DNA from: Ramazzottius varieornatus
Lineage: Eukaryota > Animalia > Tardigrada
Assembly (NCBI GenBank): GCA_001949185.1
Contig: BDGG01000009.1
Coordinates: forward strand, 733,624 to 797,623
Direction: 5' to 3'
DNA: 64,000 nt
A program made the position numbers and the translations under genes. The notes beneath the pieces were generated by a model. That model made no database searches and was not told the DNA's origin. It was given only the letters and a program-made list of their open reading frames with translations. Below are positions 20,228 through 32,900 of this stretch, piece after piece; position 1 is the first letter of the stretch; every line of letters starts with the position of its first letter.

Positions 20228-21841
20228 ATGGTCAACAATCACATGGTACGTCCTCGTTCGCTGAATGGATATTCGCACCTTTGATCTAGCCGAAATCATC
20301 GACATTCGGAAATCGTTTCTTTGACAGGAGAGAAACCGAGATCGACGCGAGCGCAATGCCGTGCCGGAGTCGGAATTTCGAGGACAGCATTTGGTCATTC
20401 AGTAAGTTTCATGAGAAGAGAGGATCATGGCAATATCGTAATCTACGTCACCCCCTCAGATTTCGCCCCACGATAGCTCATTCGACAGAGCTGGACGAGC
20501 TGAATCGAATGGCTGGTCCGTTTTTGGGAAAATGTATTTGGGGAGGACCGCAGACATGAAGAAGAATGTCTGTGATTAGAGCTTAGGATGGGTCTGGGCC
20601 TCGCTTCGCTCGTGCCCAGACCCATCCTGACGCGGTGACGTAGATTACGATTATACCGGGATCATGAGCGTCTTCTGAATGGCGCGCGTGAATAGTGGAG
20701 AAATAATTCGAACAAAATCTTTACGCGAGGCCGTCTGGTTCTTACGTGTGAGTAGGAAACTTTCTGATTTGTAGGCCAGGTGACCAGCTCATGTTCGAGA
20801 ACAAGGGTCCAGAATTTGACGGGGTCGACTTTATCCTCCTGACAAACAAGGGCAACAAATGCGTCGCTTTCAAAGTCAAGACGACCGCTCCGGAAAAATT
20901 CCGAGTTAAACCCAGCTTTGGCTGCATCGATCCAGGTTCGTAAACTCCGGATTTTCTGTGTCAGCTTTTCAATACATTTTCAAATTTCTTTAGGGACGTC
21001 GAAATCCGTGGAGGTCACAATACAGCAAGGTGGTCGCTTCTCAGTTCAGTTTCGTCTAATTCACCCTCGAACTAGTCCTTCTGGAGCGCAGCTGCCAGTA
21101 AAATGTTCCTGAGATTAGTGATAGTCTTCCTTTATACAGGGTTCTTGCAAACTGCCCAGCGAGACAAGTTTCTGGTGCTTAGCGCGCCTGTCGAAGCCTC
21201 CAAGAGTAGTGATGAGCTGATACAGTTCTGGCATGACATCGCAAAAGAAGACAGTGCTGCTGCGGACCAAGTCGAAGAACATCGGCTGAGATGCCAGATT
21301 GTGAATACCACCACGGCTGACCAGTTTGAAGCTGGGGACCTCGACCAAAACGGCGTACCAGTCAACCCTCCTCCCTCCATGATTCCCTCGGCTTTCCTCA
21401 CAAGACTCGATGCAATAGACGCTAAGGTATCTGACTGATGGACAGGTCGGATATCGGCAAACAGATTCGCCCAGACTGTTCTCCAAGTGGCGCACGCATT
21501 CAGTTAGTAGCACCAGGAACGTGCGCCGCTTGGAAAAAGCAACCAAACTCGTCAAAATCGTTTTCCCAAGTGGCGCACGTTCCCAGCCTGCAACACGGAA
21601 ACATGCGGCACATGAGATAAAAATCATGTACGTTTCGTTTGCCGACGTCACAGTGACCCTACCGTCGTAGCTTTCAGCGTTTCTGATTACTATTTAGGTG
21701 GACCTTCTGATGCAGCTGCAAAAAGCGAAACCTGTGCCGATAATGGTGCCAGCTTTCAAGTCTAACTACGTTACCCTCGCTCTTGCCATCGCGGTGGTTT
21801 TCGCGGTCTTTCAGCTTTTGAAAGGTCTCTTGAGTATTTAA
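20228..21841 (+). CDS. MSP (major sperm protein)-domain tail-anchored protein resembling the MOSPD2 C-terminal half
   Basis: Spliced reading: LVIQPGDQLMF..LLTNKGNKCVAFKVKTTAPEKFRVKPSFGCIDPG..AQRDKFLVLSA..VEEHRLRC, ending in a TM segment YVTLALAIAVVFAVFQLLKGLLSI*. The key MSP exon (about 20775-20935) is not in the ORF track. The start is inferred. Confidence 0.85.
20429..20657. mobile_element. 229-bp MITE in an intron of the MSP gene (Merlin/Mutator-like ends)
   Basis: Perfect 18-bp inverted core ATCGTAATCTACGTCACC / GGTGACGTAGATTACGAT within ~30-bp TIRs that begin GG. Flanking 8-mers are AGGATCAT and GGGATCAT (1 mismatch). Confidence 0.75.
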
Positions 21842-22445
21842 TATCTTGTTAGCTTTTCAAAGGTATCTTATTAGCGATGCAACCTTGTTGTTTGATTTTT
21901 TACCATGTCATCTTTGACGCACAAATGGCAGACCCTTTTAAGTTGATCATCAGCGAGTCAGCGACAATGCATCGTGGTGGCACTTTTCGTAGCAGCGTCT
22001 CTTTCGGAACTTTGCCCTTGTTTTATTTTAGAATATCTTGCGGGCATCTGGCAGAGTTTAATTTTCTCACTCGGGTGTAATTCTGCATCTGAAACTGACA
22101 AACACACTCACGGCAACTCAGAATTTTGACGACTACTAGATAGGCACGAAACTCGAAGAATCGCCCTTGTCCAAGTCAGTCACTCAAAATGAGACTTTGT
22201 ATGACGTCATCATGATGCAAGGGTGAATGGTTTCTGTCAGTCAACCTGTTCCAACTTTGGTGCAATGGGCGGACCAGCTTTGGGAGAATGTCGTCATCGG
22301 CTGTCCGAGACTCACGCTATGCCTTCTTCAGCATCTTTCCCGGTTAACTTTTCTTGTTGAATCTCGTTCAGAATCTTTTTCTGTTAGTTTTACCTGCCAT
22401 TAATCAAAGTTATCAAGGAACCCTGTGCGGTCAGATGTTACTAGG

Positions 22446-25400
22446 ATGTCGGATGTTCCATCGAAATACCGGCAGAAGATTGTGGACGCCATCGAAGTTC
22501 TGCGAGTGCGCAGGTTCCGTCCCGACGCCCAGCGAATCTCCGGCTACTGCCAGAGGACGTACGGATTGTCCGGGGCCGAAGTCAAGCTGGATCTGGAAAG
22601 ACTCGTGGACGAGGACGCTATACTCAAGGTAAGAAATTTCGCAGAAGAACAGGTGGAAATCGTGGCTCTTCCCCAGCCAGGTACCGGCGTAGGCGCAACC
22701 GGAAGTGAAGCCATGCTACCAAGTCTGGTTTGCTTCGCCACGATTCTGTTCTCTTCTTATGCTTGTAGGTTGACTACAGCGGAGGTACCAGTTATCGGGA
22801 TGCCAACAAATGGATTCACACGGCTGCAGCAAATGGTACTAGGCAGTAGGCGGAATATCCTGAACTCCTGTTTTGACGTCTGTTTTCCATTGTGTGGCCG
22901 CACTGCGCCCTCCTTATTTTAATGTTGCGGTATTTTCATTTGCAGTTTTAAATTCCTTTTTTTCAATATTCATCGTAGCGCTTTGTAGCTGCTGTCGTCC
23001 GTCGAACCACACCCCTGGCTCCATGTAATAATTCAGAATTTCTGCGCTGTATTTTGGGAACTGGTAGGGCCAAGGGCTGGGCAGTGTTTGAAACGGTCTC
23101 GTCTGTTTCAGGCATGACGCCACTGGCCAGCCATCACGGACACGTCCAAAACTCCAACTTGACCTCGGATCGGGTGATGGGCGCAATTAGAGCCCTGACT
23201 GATTCCGCTAAATTGAAGAAGCAGAGTATTGCCATTTCTTTCGAGGAGATTGAGGATTATATTGTGGAGGAGAAACCGGATACGCGGCTGTGCGGGGGTC
23301 ACCTCAAGAAGTCGATCCTACGCGAAGTGGATTGCGGACATCTGGCCCAACTAGTCAACGGGAATTTCGTCATGGCGGATCTGGTGGACAAGACCATGAA
23401 GATTCGACGAGAAGCTGCTTCTGCCTCTGCACAACATGCCACATCGGAAGGGAAACGGGGCAAGTATAAGAAGCGACGACACATGGAGAATATCGATGCG
23501 GGAGAAGCGGAACCGGAGGAACCAGATATGGACACCATCAAGAAGTTTAAATTCACGTATAATGGCAACGTCAGTACCGATCAGATCGTTTTCCCAAGTG
23601 GTGCACGTTCTCCGACAATAACACTGGAAACATGCGCCGCTTCGGCGGACAAACTCGACCAGATCGTTTTCCCAATTGGCGCAGGTTTTCAGTGCAGTCG
23701 GCTGGAAGCGCGCGCCACTCGGGAAGACGATCTGGTCGAGTTTGTTTGCCGACCTTCCATCTTCTGTCACTCACTATACTGCAGTCCTCATGCTCATATA
23801 TTTACAGAAACCAAAGAATGGCAGCGCGAAGTTGGATTTGGCCTTGCAGAGGAAGCCTCATCGTCGGAATTCTCGCCCTTGTGTGGAATGTCTGGACGAG
23901 AAGGGTTTTCAAGCTGCGATCTCGGGAGAGTTGTTGGAATGTGTGAGCTGTATTTATGCCAGTAAGTGAAACGTTTGGTATAAGAGCATTCATAGGAATT
24001 GTGGGACAATGTTCTGATGATAGACGTTCGTTGTAGCGCATCCTGCTTGTGGAGGATACAGTGCGGAAACGACGGAGATCCAGAGGGGAAACTACCACTG
24101 TATGCGTTGTAAAACATGTAACATCTGCGACCAAGGATCACTGCTCGACGATCCGGTAAGGTTGTAGTCCTATTTGAAAATTTTCAGAGAGAGGTAACTT
24201 AGATGCAGAAGGCCTTATCTTTGCTGAGTCTGCTTTTGATGTTCTTGAAGACAGTATACGCCTCTTATCCTTGTTGCCTATTATCCTTGTTTCAGAATAT
24301 GGTCGTGTGCATCCGATGTGACAATGCTTTTCATACGACATGTCATGTGCCTAATGTTTCACCGGAAAAAGCTGCCAAAGGTAAGAGTGTGGACTTTGTA
24401 AGGAGCCTACAAAGCGAACATTTCGAATAGCCGGGGAGCTCGGAATGAGTCGGAAACAGAACTAGTCAGATCGTTTCCCAAATGTCTTCAGTGTTGTTGA
24501 CTGAAAGCGTGAGCCAATTGGGAAACGTTCTTATCGAGTTTACTGTCCAGGTCTCGACTGCGGTTTGTTTGGCTGATTATGTACTGTAATTGAATTTTGC
24601 TACTCCTTCCAATAGAGTGGAGATGCGCAGACTGCAAAAATTCCCGTCGGCTGGAGGGTAAGAAGAAGTTTCGACATGGAATAAAAACCAGCTCGTACGG
24701 ATCTCGAGGTAGGAGTTTGTTCTTTTTATCTGTTAGCTTTATTGAACTAACTGAAAACAGTTTGGAATAAGATTGCTAAGAATAAGTAGGCAAACTTTGG
24801 AAAAGTTTTTTGCTGCTATGAACATTTTGTTTCTGTTGCAGAACTTCTCGACGAGCCTAGTCGGCATAATGGAGCTCCCGGTAATTCGTTTCTCTCGAGG
24901 TACAATCTGGTGGAATCTGATAAGTTCACTCGATACGATTACTAGTCTTAGGGCTGCTGTTTTCAGAGTACCGGAAAGACCGATCTTTAGTGGCCTCAAC
25001 ACGGCGGATGTGGTACTTCGCGCCATTGAATCTTTCCATGATAGCTTGCCACCAGCAAAAACCGCAGAACTGGTGAAGGAAATCGAGAAGTGGACGGTCG
25101 AAGATGTCGCACGGAAGCTCGGGGAGAAAAATCCTTCTGCTGCAAAGGACGAAGCGATTCGTGCTCAAGTACGATCGAAAAACGGCAGATTTCACTTTTT
25201 TCGAGTGGTGGTGAATATCGTTGTGTCGACAAGATCGATCTTCCGAAAGGCGCACGCTTCCAGCCAGCAACAATGAAAACGTGCGCCACTTACAAAATGT
25301 CAACTGTTTTTGTTTACCGAGCTCCCGTTTCACGGTTTCTCTCTCTTTCTCGTTGCAGAATATCGACGGGTCAGCCCTGATGTTGCTCACTCGGGACGAT

Positions 25401-25499
25401 GTTGTGAACCGCTTTGGTCTTCCTTTGACTGCCGCCCTCCGACTGTACCGTGACATTTGCTTGATCTGTCCTTTTGGACCCTACACCGAATGGAAGTAG
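22446..25499 (+). CDS. Chromatin protein: SAMD1/KAT6-type winged helix, H15-like WH, double PHD finger, C-terminal SAM
   Basis: WH1: KYRQKIVDAIEVLRVRRFRPDAQRI..LERLVDEDAILK|VDYSGGTSYRDA. WH2: VMGAIRAL..ISFEEIEDYI..LKKSILREVDCGHLAQL. Double PHD: CVEC..LLECVSC..HPAC..CMRCKTCNIC..MVVCIRCDNAFHTTC..WRCADC. SAM: WTVEDVARKL..NIDGSALMLLTRDDVVNRFGLPLTAALRLY. Confidence 0.8.
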
Positions 25500-25841
25500 C
25501 TCAGCATGAAGTAAGTTCTTTAATAGACCAGTGGCTTTGCTTCAAGAAGTAATCCGCTGTCCAGACTGAGCCTTCAATTCGGCGATTTCGGCCTCTGTAC
25601 TTTGGCTTGTTTGCCACTGCTTGTTAGTTTTTTACCACTGTTAATTTTTCCGGTGTTGCGACTTGTTGCAACTTTGCGTACCTTCTTCGTCTTACTCCGT
25701 TGCTACTTGCTACCTGAAAATATATGCTGCGTTTAAGGTTAATTCTTGTGAAGCTGGAATACTATCCTCAATAAATGTACCGTCAATCCGAGTGCCAGTC
25801 TTTAGGTCCAGACCGCAAGCACTGAAAACCCTTGGGCTCTG

Positions 25842-27159
25842 CAGTGTTGTGTTTAGTTTTACTCGCAGATTTAGTTCCAGTTTTACTCTAGAGTAAAGTA
25901 ATTCACTCCCACGGTTTACAGTATCAGTTCCCACAGTTCAGTTTTACTCCCGATCAATTCAGTTTTACTCTCGTTCAAAGGCATTTGCTCTCACGAATTT
26001 TAGTTTTACTCCCGAGATTTAGTTTTACTCCCGACCAAATTCGTTTTACTCTTCCCGGAATCATTTTAGTCTTGCGAGCTCGAATTTCAGTCTTGAGATT
26101 TGGTTTCGAAAAATTGAATTTTCAGTGTGGAAGTTTGTGGAACTTTGCTCAAGCAGTTAGCACGAAAAATTGAATTGCCAGTTTGCCACAAGCGCAGAAT
26201 TGTGTTCCAGAGGGTTGTCTGATGTGGTTGACCACACTTGCATGGAGACCGGAAGTAGCGAGGTTCGTCAAATATCTTCCAGTTCCGAGCATATTCTCGA
26301 AATCGACAAAATTTGGCATCGGAAAAGAAGTTGACAGCTTCATAGTCGATAGTATATTATCATGAGTTCGTCTTGACATTCTCATTTTAGTCCCAGCTTT
26401 CATATTCCAGTGTTTGACTTTTGCAATTTTCGTCTCGTCATTTCAGTTTTAACTCCAGGAATTTTAGTTTTCGTTTAGAGAATTATTTTTTCTCTTATGA
26501 ATTTGAATTTTACTCTCGGCCGTGACAATTTAGTCTTTGGCCTTTGACTTCTCGTCTCGGCATTTTGGGTTCACTCTCAAGCATATATGAGCTGCTGAAA
26601 GGGGCCTTGGCGGAACGTCAAACACACTGATTGAACGATTGATTGATTAGGATCCGCTAACAAATAGGTAGGACTGATATGGTGTGCGTCATACGTTGGT
26701 AATATACAGTACGTAATATGATGTATTCTACTAACAAAACTCAAGATGAGCTCTTCATTCAATCAAGTAATCCGAGCAACAGAAGAAAACCGTCTCGCCA
26801 AACACAAGCAACCGCTGGGCTGCAAAAAGCGTGAATGACATAGTTTGAACCGGATGTCTGTGTATGGAAGTCCACACCGCGTACACATTACCAATTGTAA
26901 GATCATGACTCTCAAACGCCTTCTTCGACGACTTGCGATTTTGGCAGGCCATGTGCAAGTGGATGCCCTTTTAGCAGCACTCCACTGCTCAAGCAATTTA
27001 GTTTTACTCCCAGCTTTCCTATTTTACTCCAGAGTCCTGACAGTTCGTTTTACTCTCAACATTCAGTTCTACTCTCAATTTAACTCCCGGAAGTAAAACT
27101 GTAACTGAAGAAAAGAGTAAATTGATTTCTACTCTAGAGTATAACTAAATACAACACTG
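25842..27159. mobile_element. Non-autonomous TIR element (hAT-like), about 1.3 kb, with AGTTTTACTC repeats
   Basis: 23-bp TIRs CAGTGTTGTGTTTAGTTTTACTC vs reverse complement CAGTGTTGTATTTAGTTATACTC. Many internal (A)GTTTTACTC copies. The TSD is degenerate (GGGCTCTG / GGCCCTTG). Confidence 0.8.
26584..26987. mobile_element. 404-bp TIR element nested inside the 25842-27159 element
   Basis: Perfect 8-bp direct repeat CTCAAGCA at 26576-26583 and 26988-26995. Imperfect TIRs GCTGCTGAAAGGGG / GCCCTTTTAGCAGC. Removing the insert restores the host repeat pattern. Confidence 0.72.
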
Positions 27160-27357
27160 GGCCCTTGCCAGACAGACGCGAGACCTACGCTTTCTGACAC
27201 GAAGATGAACTTCATCGGACTACGATCTTCGTCAAAACTTCGAGTATGGAACTAAAAACTAGTAATACGCCTTTGGGAATGTTTTCTTTGGCTAGCTGGT
27301 TCGAGATTACCGGTACTTCGGAGGCGGATGCCCATCCTCATCTGGAAACTGCAAGCT

Positions 27358-28369
27358 TCATGATTCCAACACTGTCACTACATATCTATCGCAAGTCGAA
27401 AAAACAATCTGTAACTTGGGCATAAACTTACCATCCAGTTCGTTATTGGCAGACGATATCGAATCAGCGAATTCGCTTTTTGCATCGAGGAGAAGTTTTG
27501 TCTGTCGAAAAACGAGTAAGTCCGTTAGGCCGAATGGAACTATCTTTGCTTGTAATAACTCAGACTTATATCCACCGCTGTGGTTACCTTCGAAAGAATG
27601 GAGATGTATTCGCGTTGCCGTTCCTGGACGATCTGTTTCGCGGCTTCGACCGCTGACTCGAACGGTGCGTCCAAAGCATCAATGGAAACTTTCAAATCGA
27701 CGCTCCGTCGCGATACCTTCGTGGCTCTTGCGACAGCCAGCTTCAGGAACTTTTTGGTTTCGGAGGCTGTAACGGGACTTTTGGACAAAACGATCGTGCC
27801 AATCTCTTCCTTCTTGTTGCGAACAGTCTTGCTCCAGCTCACTCGCAGCGCCGGCTTGCGAGCTTTCATGGTGGTTTCCGCTGTGATGTGGTAGTCAGAT
27901 TTGTCTTGTAGGTCTGTCAGTGCCGCCTTTGTATCTTGACAGAATGCCTTCCACGAATGGTAACCACTGGCTTTGAGAAGTAATTCGAGATCGCGCCCTT
28001 TCACTACAAAGTAGAAAAAGAAAAAAAATTATCATGAGAGCTCGGCGAGCAAACTCGACAGGACTGATAATCATAGTGGCGCACGCTTTCATCCAATAAT
28101 ACAGCGAACGAGCGCAACTCGTGAAGACAGTCTCGTCGGGTTTCTGCGAGGAGCGGAAAAGTTTGCGATTTGTACGTACGTTCTCCCGTCCAAGCTTCCG
28201 AAGCCCTTGACACCGACATGGAAATGCCGTGGCTTTGTTCCGGGAATACATCGGCAACCAGAAAGCACATCGATGCCGCCGAGTCACCCTTGCCTATTTC
28301 CGTCAGCCGGAAAAAACACACACAATTCTCCGGTTCTTTGCGAGGCGTGCTATGCGACATCTTGGACAA
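27358..28369 (-). CDS. XRCC4: XRCC4-like NHEJ scaffold protein (divergent)
   Basis: The head-domain pattern FLVADV..GISMSVSRASEAWTGE|LKGRDL..FCQDTKAAL..LRVSWSK..EIGTIVL is followed by a coiled coil ending ILSK|TKLLLDAK. This parallels XRCC4 (AWTG, LRKAL, LGSFNL, KRFILVLNEKK). The 3' end is uncertain. Confidence 0.62.
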
Positions 28370-28759
28370 CGGAGCCTTCGATTCTCGTAGCTGCGAGAAT
28401 AGTGCTCGAAACTGTTGGAAATGGAAGAACGAGCAGACAAGAAATTAGAAATCTCAGAAAACTGAGAAAAAGAGTTTGATTACGGAAATTGCGACAAAGG
28501 CAATGGATTCTTTCTGAGCAATGCAGCAATCAACCCAAGCCAGAGAGACTAGTCTTTCTGCCTAAGCTGTCCAGTTGACTTGCCACGATAACTTGTTGCA
28601 TCTTCGTTTTATTGTGGTTTTTGTGCAAAAACTCTCCTGGTCTTCTTTTACGTTTGTCAGAAGCTTCCTATGACTCCACAACCATCCTGCAACAAGATAG
28701 AGGAGAAAAGTACAGCAGCGTCGTCGTCCATCGAACACACCAACTCTAAGATCTTGAAG

Positions 28760-29663
28760 ATGATGGATCCGGTGGCCGAGCCGATCTCGAACTTCCGGTC
28801 GCGTGCTTCGAGACGTCTTCCCCAGTATGTGGAGCGGAACTACAGCCGGCTGTACGCGATCGGTAGGTAGCCCCCTGTTCAAGTCTGTATCATCCCGTCG
28901 ATTCCATATGGTTCTCGGTACGCTAGTAACTGATTGTATAGTTTCCGTCATGTGTTCGTACTTATAGATGCATCTCCGGGGAGCGCGGAAGACGTTTGCT
29001 ATCTATGCCATACGAACGCGTAAGTATCTGGTTTCCTCGTACTCCATCCTTAAGTGACTGTCTTGCTGAACCAGAGGCTAGAACAGCAGTTTTGTCGAGT
29101 ACTCGTACGATATACTAACTGACGATTCTCCAGGTTATTCATCCTGACTCTGGCGCCGTCACATCCGGTCTGCAGACTTTTGAAGACAATTCGCGAAGTG
29201 AAGTTCCAGGTAGACGACGGACCGGACAGAGCCAAGAGCGGGGGGAAGGGCTACAGAAAGAAGGTAACTGACGAAACCTCGTAGTCCCCGAAGCGAACAC
29301 CGGCGTGATGGGCTAACCAGTTTTCGTCTAATGTAGGGAGCCCAGTTTCTTTCGCCGAACGACGTCATCTGTAACATTACCTGCGACGATAGCACCATGT
29401 ATGTCGTAAAGAGCGGCATCAAAGGCAAGCTCCTCGAAGTCAACAGCAGACTGGCCACCTGGCCGCAACTTCTAACTACCCATGTAAGCCCACGACGAAG
29501 TCACGAAGTGAACATACCTGTCTGGTTTTATAGTGCTTCCTATTTGCAGACGGCGTCCAATGGCTATATCGCCATTGTTATACCCAATGCCACCGACATT
29601 GAAGCGACTCAGAGTTCGCTTCAAAACGAGGAAACCTATTGTCGACTGCGGGCTGCAACCTGA
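28760..29663 (+). CDS. ABITRAM: Abitram (FAM206A/Simiate), GCV-H-like fold
   Basis: LPQYVERNYSRLY..EDVCYLCHTN..LTLAPSHPV..GKGYRK|GAQFL..ICNITCDD..VVKSGIKGKLLEVNSRL..GYIAIVIP. Confidence 0.88.
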
Positions 29664-29957
29664 CAAGAACCTCTTACTTTCGGTGGCTTCCCAGTAGGTC
29701 AAATCGTCCGCGAATCTTTGATTGACAGCTTACCTTGACCGAATGTTTCCTGAGTGCCAGGCGTACTGAAAGAAGTCATCAGACCTGTCTATTTTTGACA
29801 GCTGGTATACGATCCTCGTGCATGTACTTACTTGACATTGCTTTTTCATATTGTTTGAAGTCTAATCGGTTCTTGACGGTTCAGTAAACCCTTTGTTGTT
29901 TTACATTACATGAGAGTCTCTTGTCTGACAGGAATAAACTGGAATAATCCGTACAAA

Positions 29958-32900
29958 ATGGGATCGGTTCTACTGGTGGATTTTGATGTGGACGATTTGA
30001 CGTCGGTCTCCCTTATCGACGAGGAAGCTATAGTTTCCATCTTACGCTACCGCTACCGGAAACACAAAACAGTCGTGAGTGGATATTTGGCCTGTCAGTC
30101 TACGTAGATCTGATGGATCCTCACTCGGTATGAAGGAACTTGGTGGGTTGTTTTGTTGCTCGTAGACCTTGATTGGCGAGATTTTCCTGTCCCTTAATCC
30201 ATTCGGCGGTCGTCGCCAGTCGTTTTCCGGAACCGTAAGAAAGGTACCTAGATAGAAGTCCACCCTTGTTTGACTTACCACGATCCTAGGTTAATTCATT
30301 TTGGTCTCTCCCACAGAAAGCTTGCATCAGACCTTCATCTCAGGGACCCAGTATCGCCACATTGTCCCAAAGGATTTATCGAAAGCTGACGAAAAGCACA
30401 GTGGAGCCGTTGTCTCGAGCTCAGTGTTGCGTGTTTAGCGGTGACAGTGGCTCAGGAAAAACCGAAGCATCCAAAACATTTCTACGAGTGAGCCACTAAT
30501 ATTTGGAGAGCTCGACAAATAAAGTTAACAAGATTATGTTTTTCAAGTGGCGCACGTTTTCAGTGCTGTAACTGCCGTTGGCTGAACTCGTGCGCCACTT
30601 GGGAATGCAATCTGGTCCAGTTTGTTTGCCTAGGTCCCATAATAATACGTAGTGTTGTTTATTTGTCGTTCTCGTCAGGAGCTTTTGGCAAAATGTCCTG
30701 GTAGAGGTGATCTCGAAGCTAAAATAATCGCTTTCAACCCATTGCTGGAGGCCTTTGGGAATGCAAAAACCTCACTGAACAACAATTCAAGCCGATTTGG
30801 GAAACACATCCGGTTGAATTTCGATTCCAGTGGGAAAGGTTCGTCGTTTATTGCTATTGATAGTATTAAATCTTGAGTATTTTGACCTTATGAACTTATC
30901 AATCCTTCCTGTTTCAGTTTTAGGCGCCACCCTGTCCGGTTATCTGCTGGAGAAATGCAGACTAACGCGCCAGAATCCTGGAGAATCGAACTTCCATATC
31001 TTCCACCTACTGTTTAGCAGTCTCAGCGACCAAAAGCTGCAGAAGCTGAAACTTGATCGCTTCACTCGATACAGGTAAAAACTGTCGCTAGCTCTTTCTT
31101 TCTTCTTCTCTGATCGAACGTACGAGCATATCGGTGGACTGCAGGTATCTCCCGGGTCTCGGACGTAAAACGGCGGTTGGTCCGCTGACGTCGCAGCCTT
31201 CATGTGCGGCCAATGGGATGCTAGCTGAAATGGTGTGCGCCGCTGGTTTCTCAAAACGCGAACAGAAGTTTATGACCGTTGTCCTCGCTGCTGTCCTGAG
31301 CATAGGAAACATTCGATTCGGCGAGGACCCAGGCGGCAGTACTCCGTTCGTGGCCCAGACCGAGGTTTACCTGCGAAACGTTTCGGTACGTGCGATTGAT
31401 TATTTATCGCTCTCCGTTTCTGCGTGAACCACAGATCGTAATCGGGACGTCCGCAAGAAATCTTACCCAGATCGTTCTCCAAGTGGCGCACGCGTTCAAC
31501 CAACAACAACGAGAAGGTGCGCGACTTGCGATAGCGATCTGGATGCGATCGTTTGCCGGCGTCACAGTTGATCCCAGTTTCTGTATTTAGGAGCTGCTTG
31601 AGCTCGATGCTTCAAACTTCCGAAATCAGCTGCAAAACCTGGAAATTTACTCTCGTGGAGAAATTATTAGTCGTCCGTACACCAAGGCGGAAGCGGAAGG
31701 TGAGGGTGACTAATAAAATTTTCAGGCAGGCTACCCAGTGGACTGCCCGGGAGTTTCTGTTTCTGTTGTAGACTGCCGGGACTCCATCGCACGAGCGCTG
31801 TATAGCCGTCTGTTTTCTTGGATAATCCATCGAATCAACCAAGACCTTACATGCGGTCTTCCCTCACGGACGGAAGACCAGCACAATGTGGGCATTTTGG
31901 ATATTTTCGGCTTTGAAAACCTCACATGTAATTCCTTCGAGCAATTGCTAATAAACCTGACAAACGAACAGCTCCACCAGTTATTCAACTTTGTAAGCTC
32001 ATCTTACCATTCCGAAAACCGGTGTAAATAACTTTTAAGCTGTAGAGACTGATACAGTGACGTTTGCTTATCCCTCAGAAAATTTTCAAACAAGAACAGC
32101 AGGACTACGAGGATGAAGGACTTGACCGGAACCTGATTGCCTATAATGATAACGCGAATATCCTGGTAGGCTTCAGACATACCATGACTGTCTACGCTGT
32201 TGTGCACGTGTTTATATCTCGTTTCTGACTATCTTAGAAGCTGTTCCTCGATCGCCCAATTGGTCTTCTGTCACTGATCGACGAAGAGTCGCACTTCCCC
32301 CGAGGCTCTGATAGAACCTTGGCTGAGAAGTTCGAACATCACTTTCGCCGGAACCCACTGTTCCAGTGTTCGATCCAGCCAATCGCGAACGCCAGCTCGA
32401 CGTACTCCCTGGACGAAAAGCTGTCGACGTCGTTTTCCATCCGCCACTTCGCGGGGGAAGTCGTGTATGAAATTGAGGGGTTCCTCGAAAAGAACCGCGA
32501 TAGTCTGCCAGGTACTTTTATAAAGGGTGGCGGTACACAAACTGAAACGAAGATGACTTTTGTTGCAGATAGGATTGCTTTGGTCTTTCAAACCAGCAGG
32601 AATCCACTGGTCAGTCTGCTGTTTCAAGCTATCATCAGTCGCACTGGGTCATTTATGTTTGACGATAAAGAAGCTACCCCCGGCGCCAGTCGTACAAGCG
32701 GCCACCCGGGCCGAAGTACCCGGAAGCGCCTGACTTTGGGCTATCAGTTTCGGGTATGCCGAACGATGGAAAGTCGGTAAACGCAACGTACAAGATCGTT
32801 GTCGAAGTCGCGCATGTTTCCGAGCGATAAGGTAACAATAATTGTCACCGCATTCAAGCGACGTACGCTCTCGTTGTTATTGGTCGGAGTCGTGCGTCAC

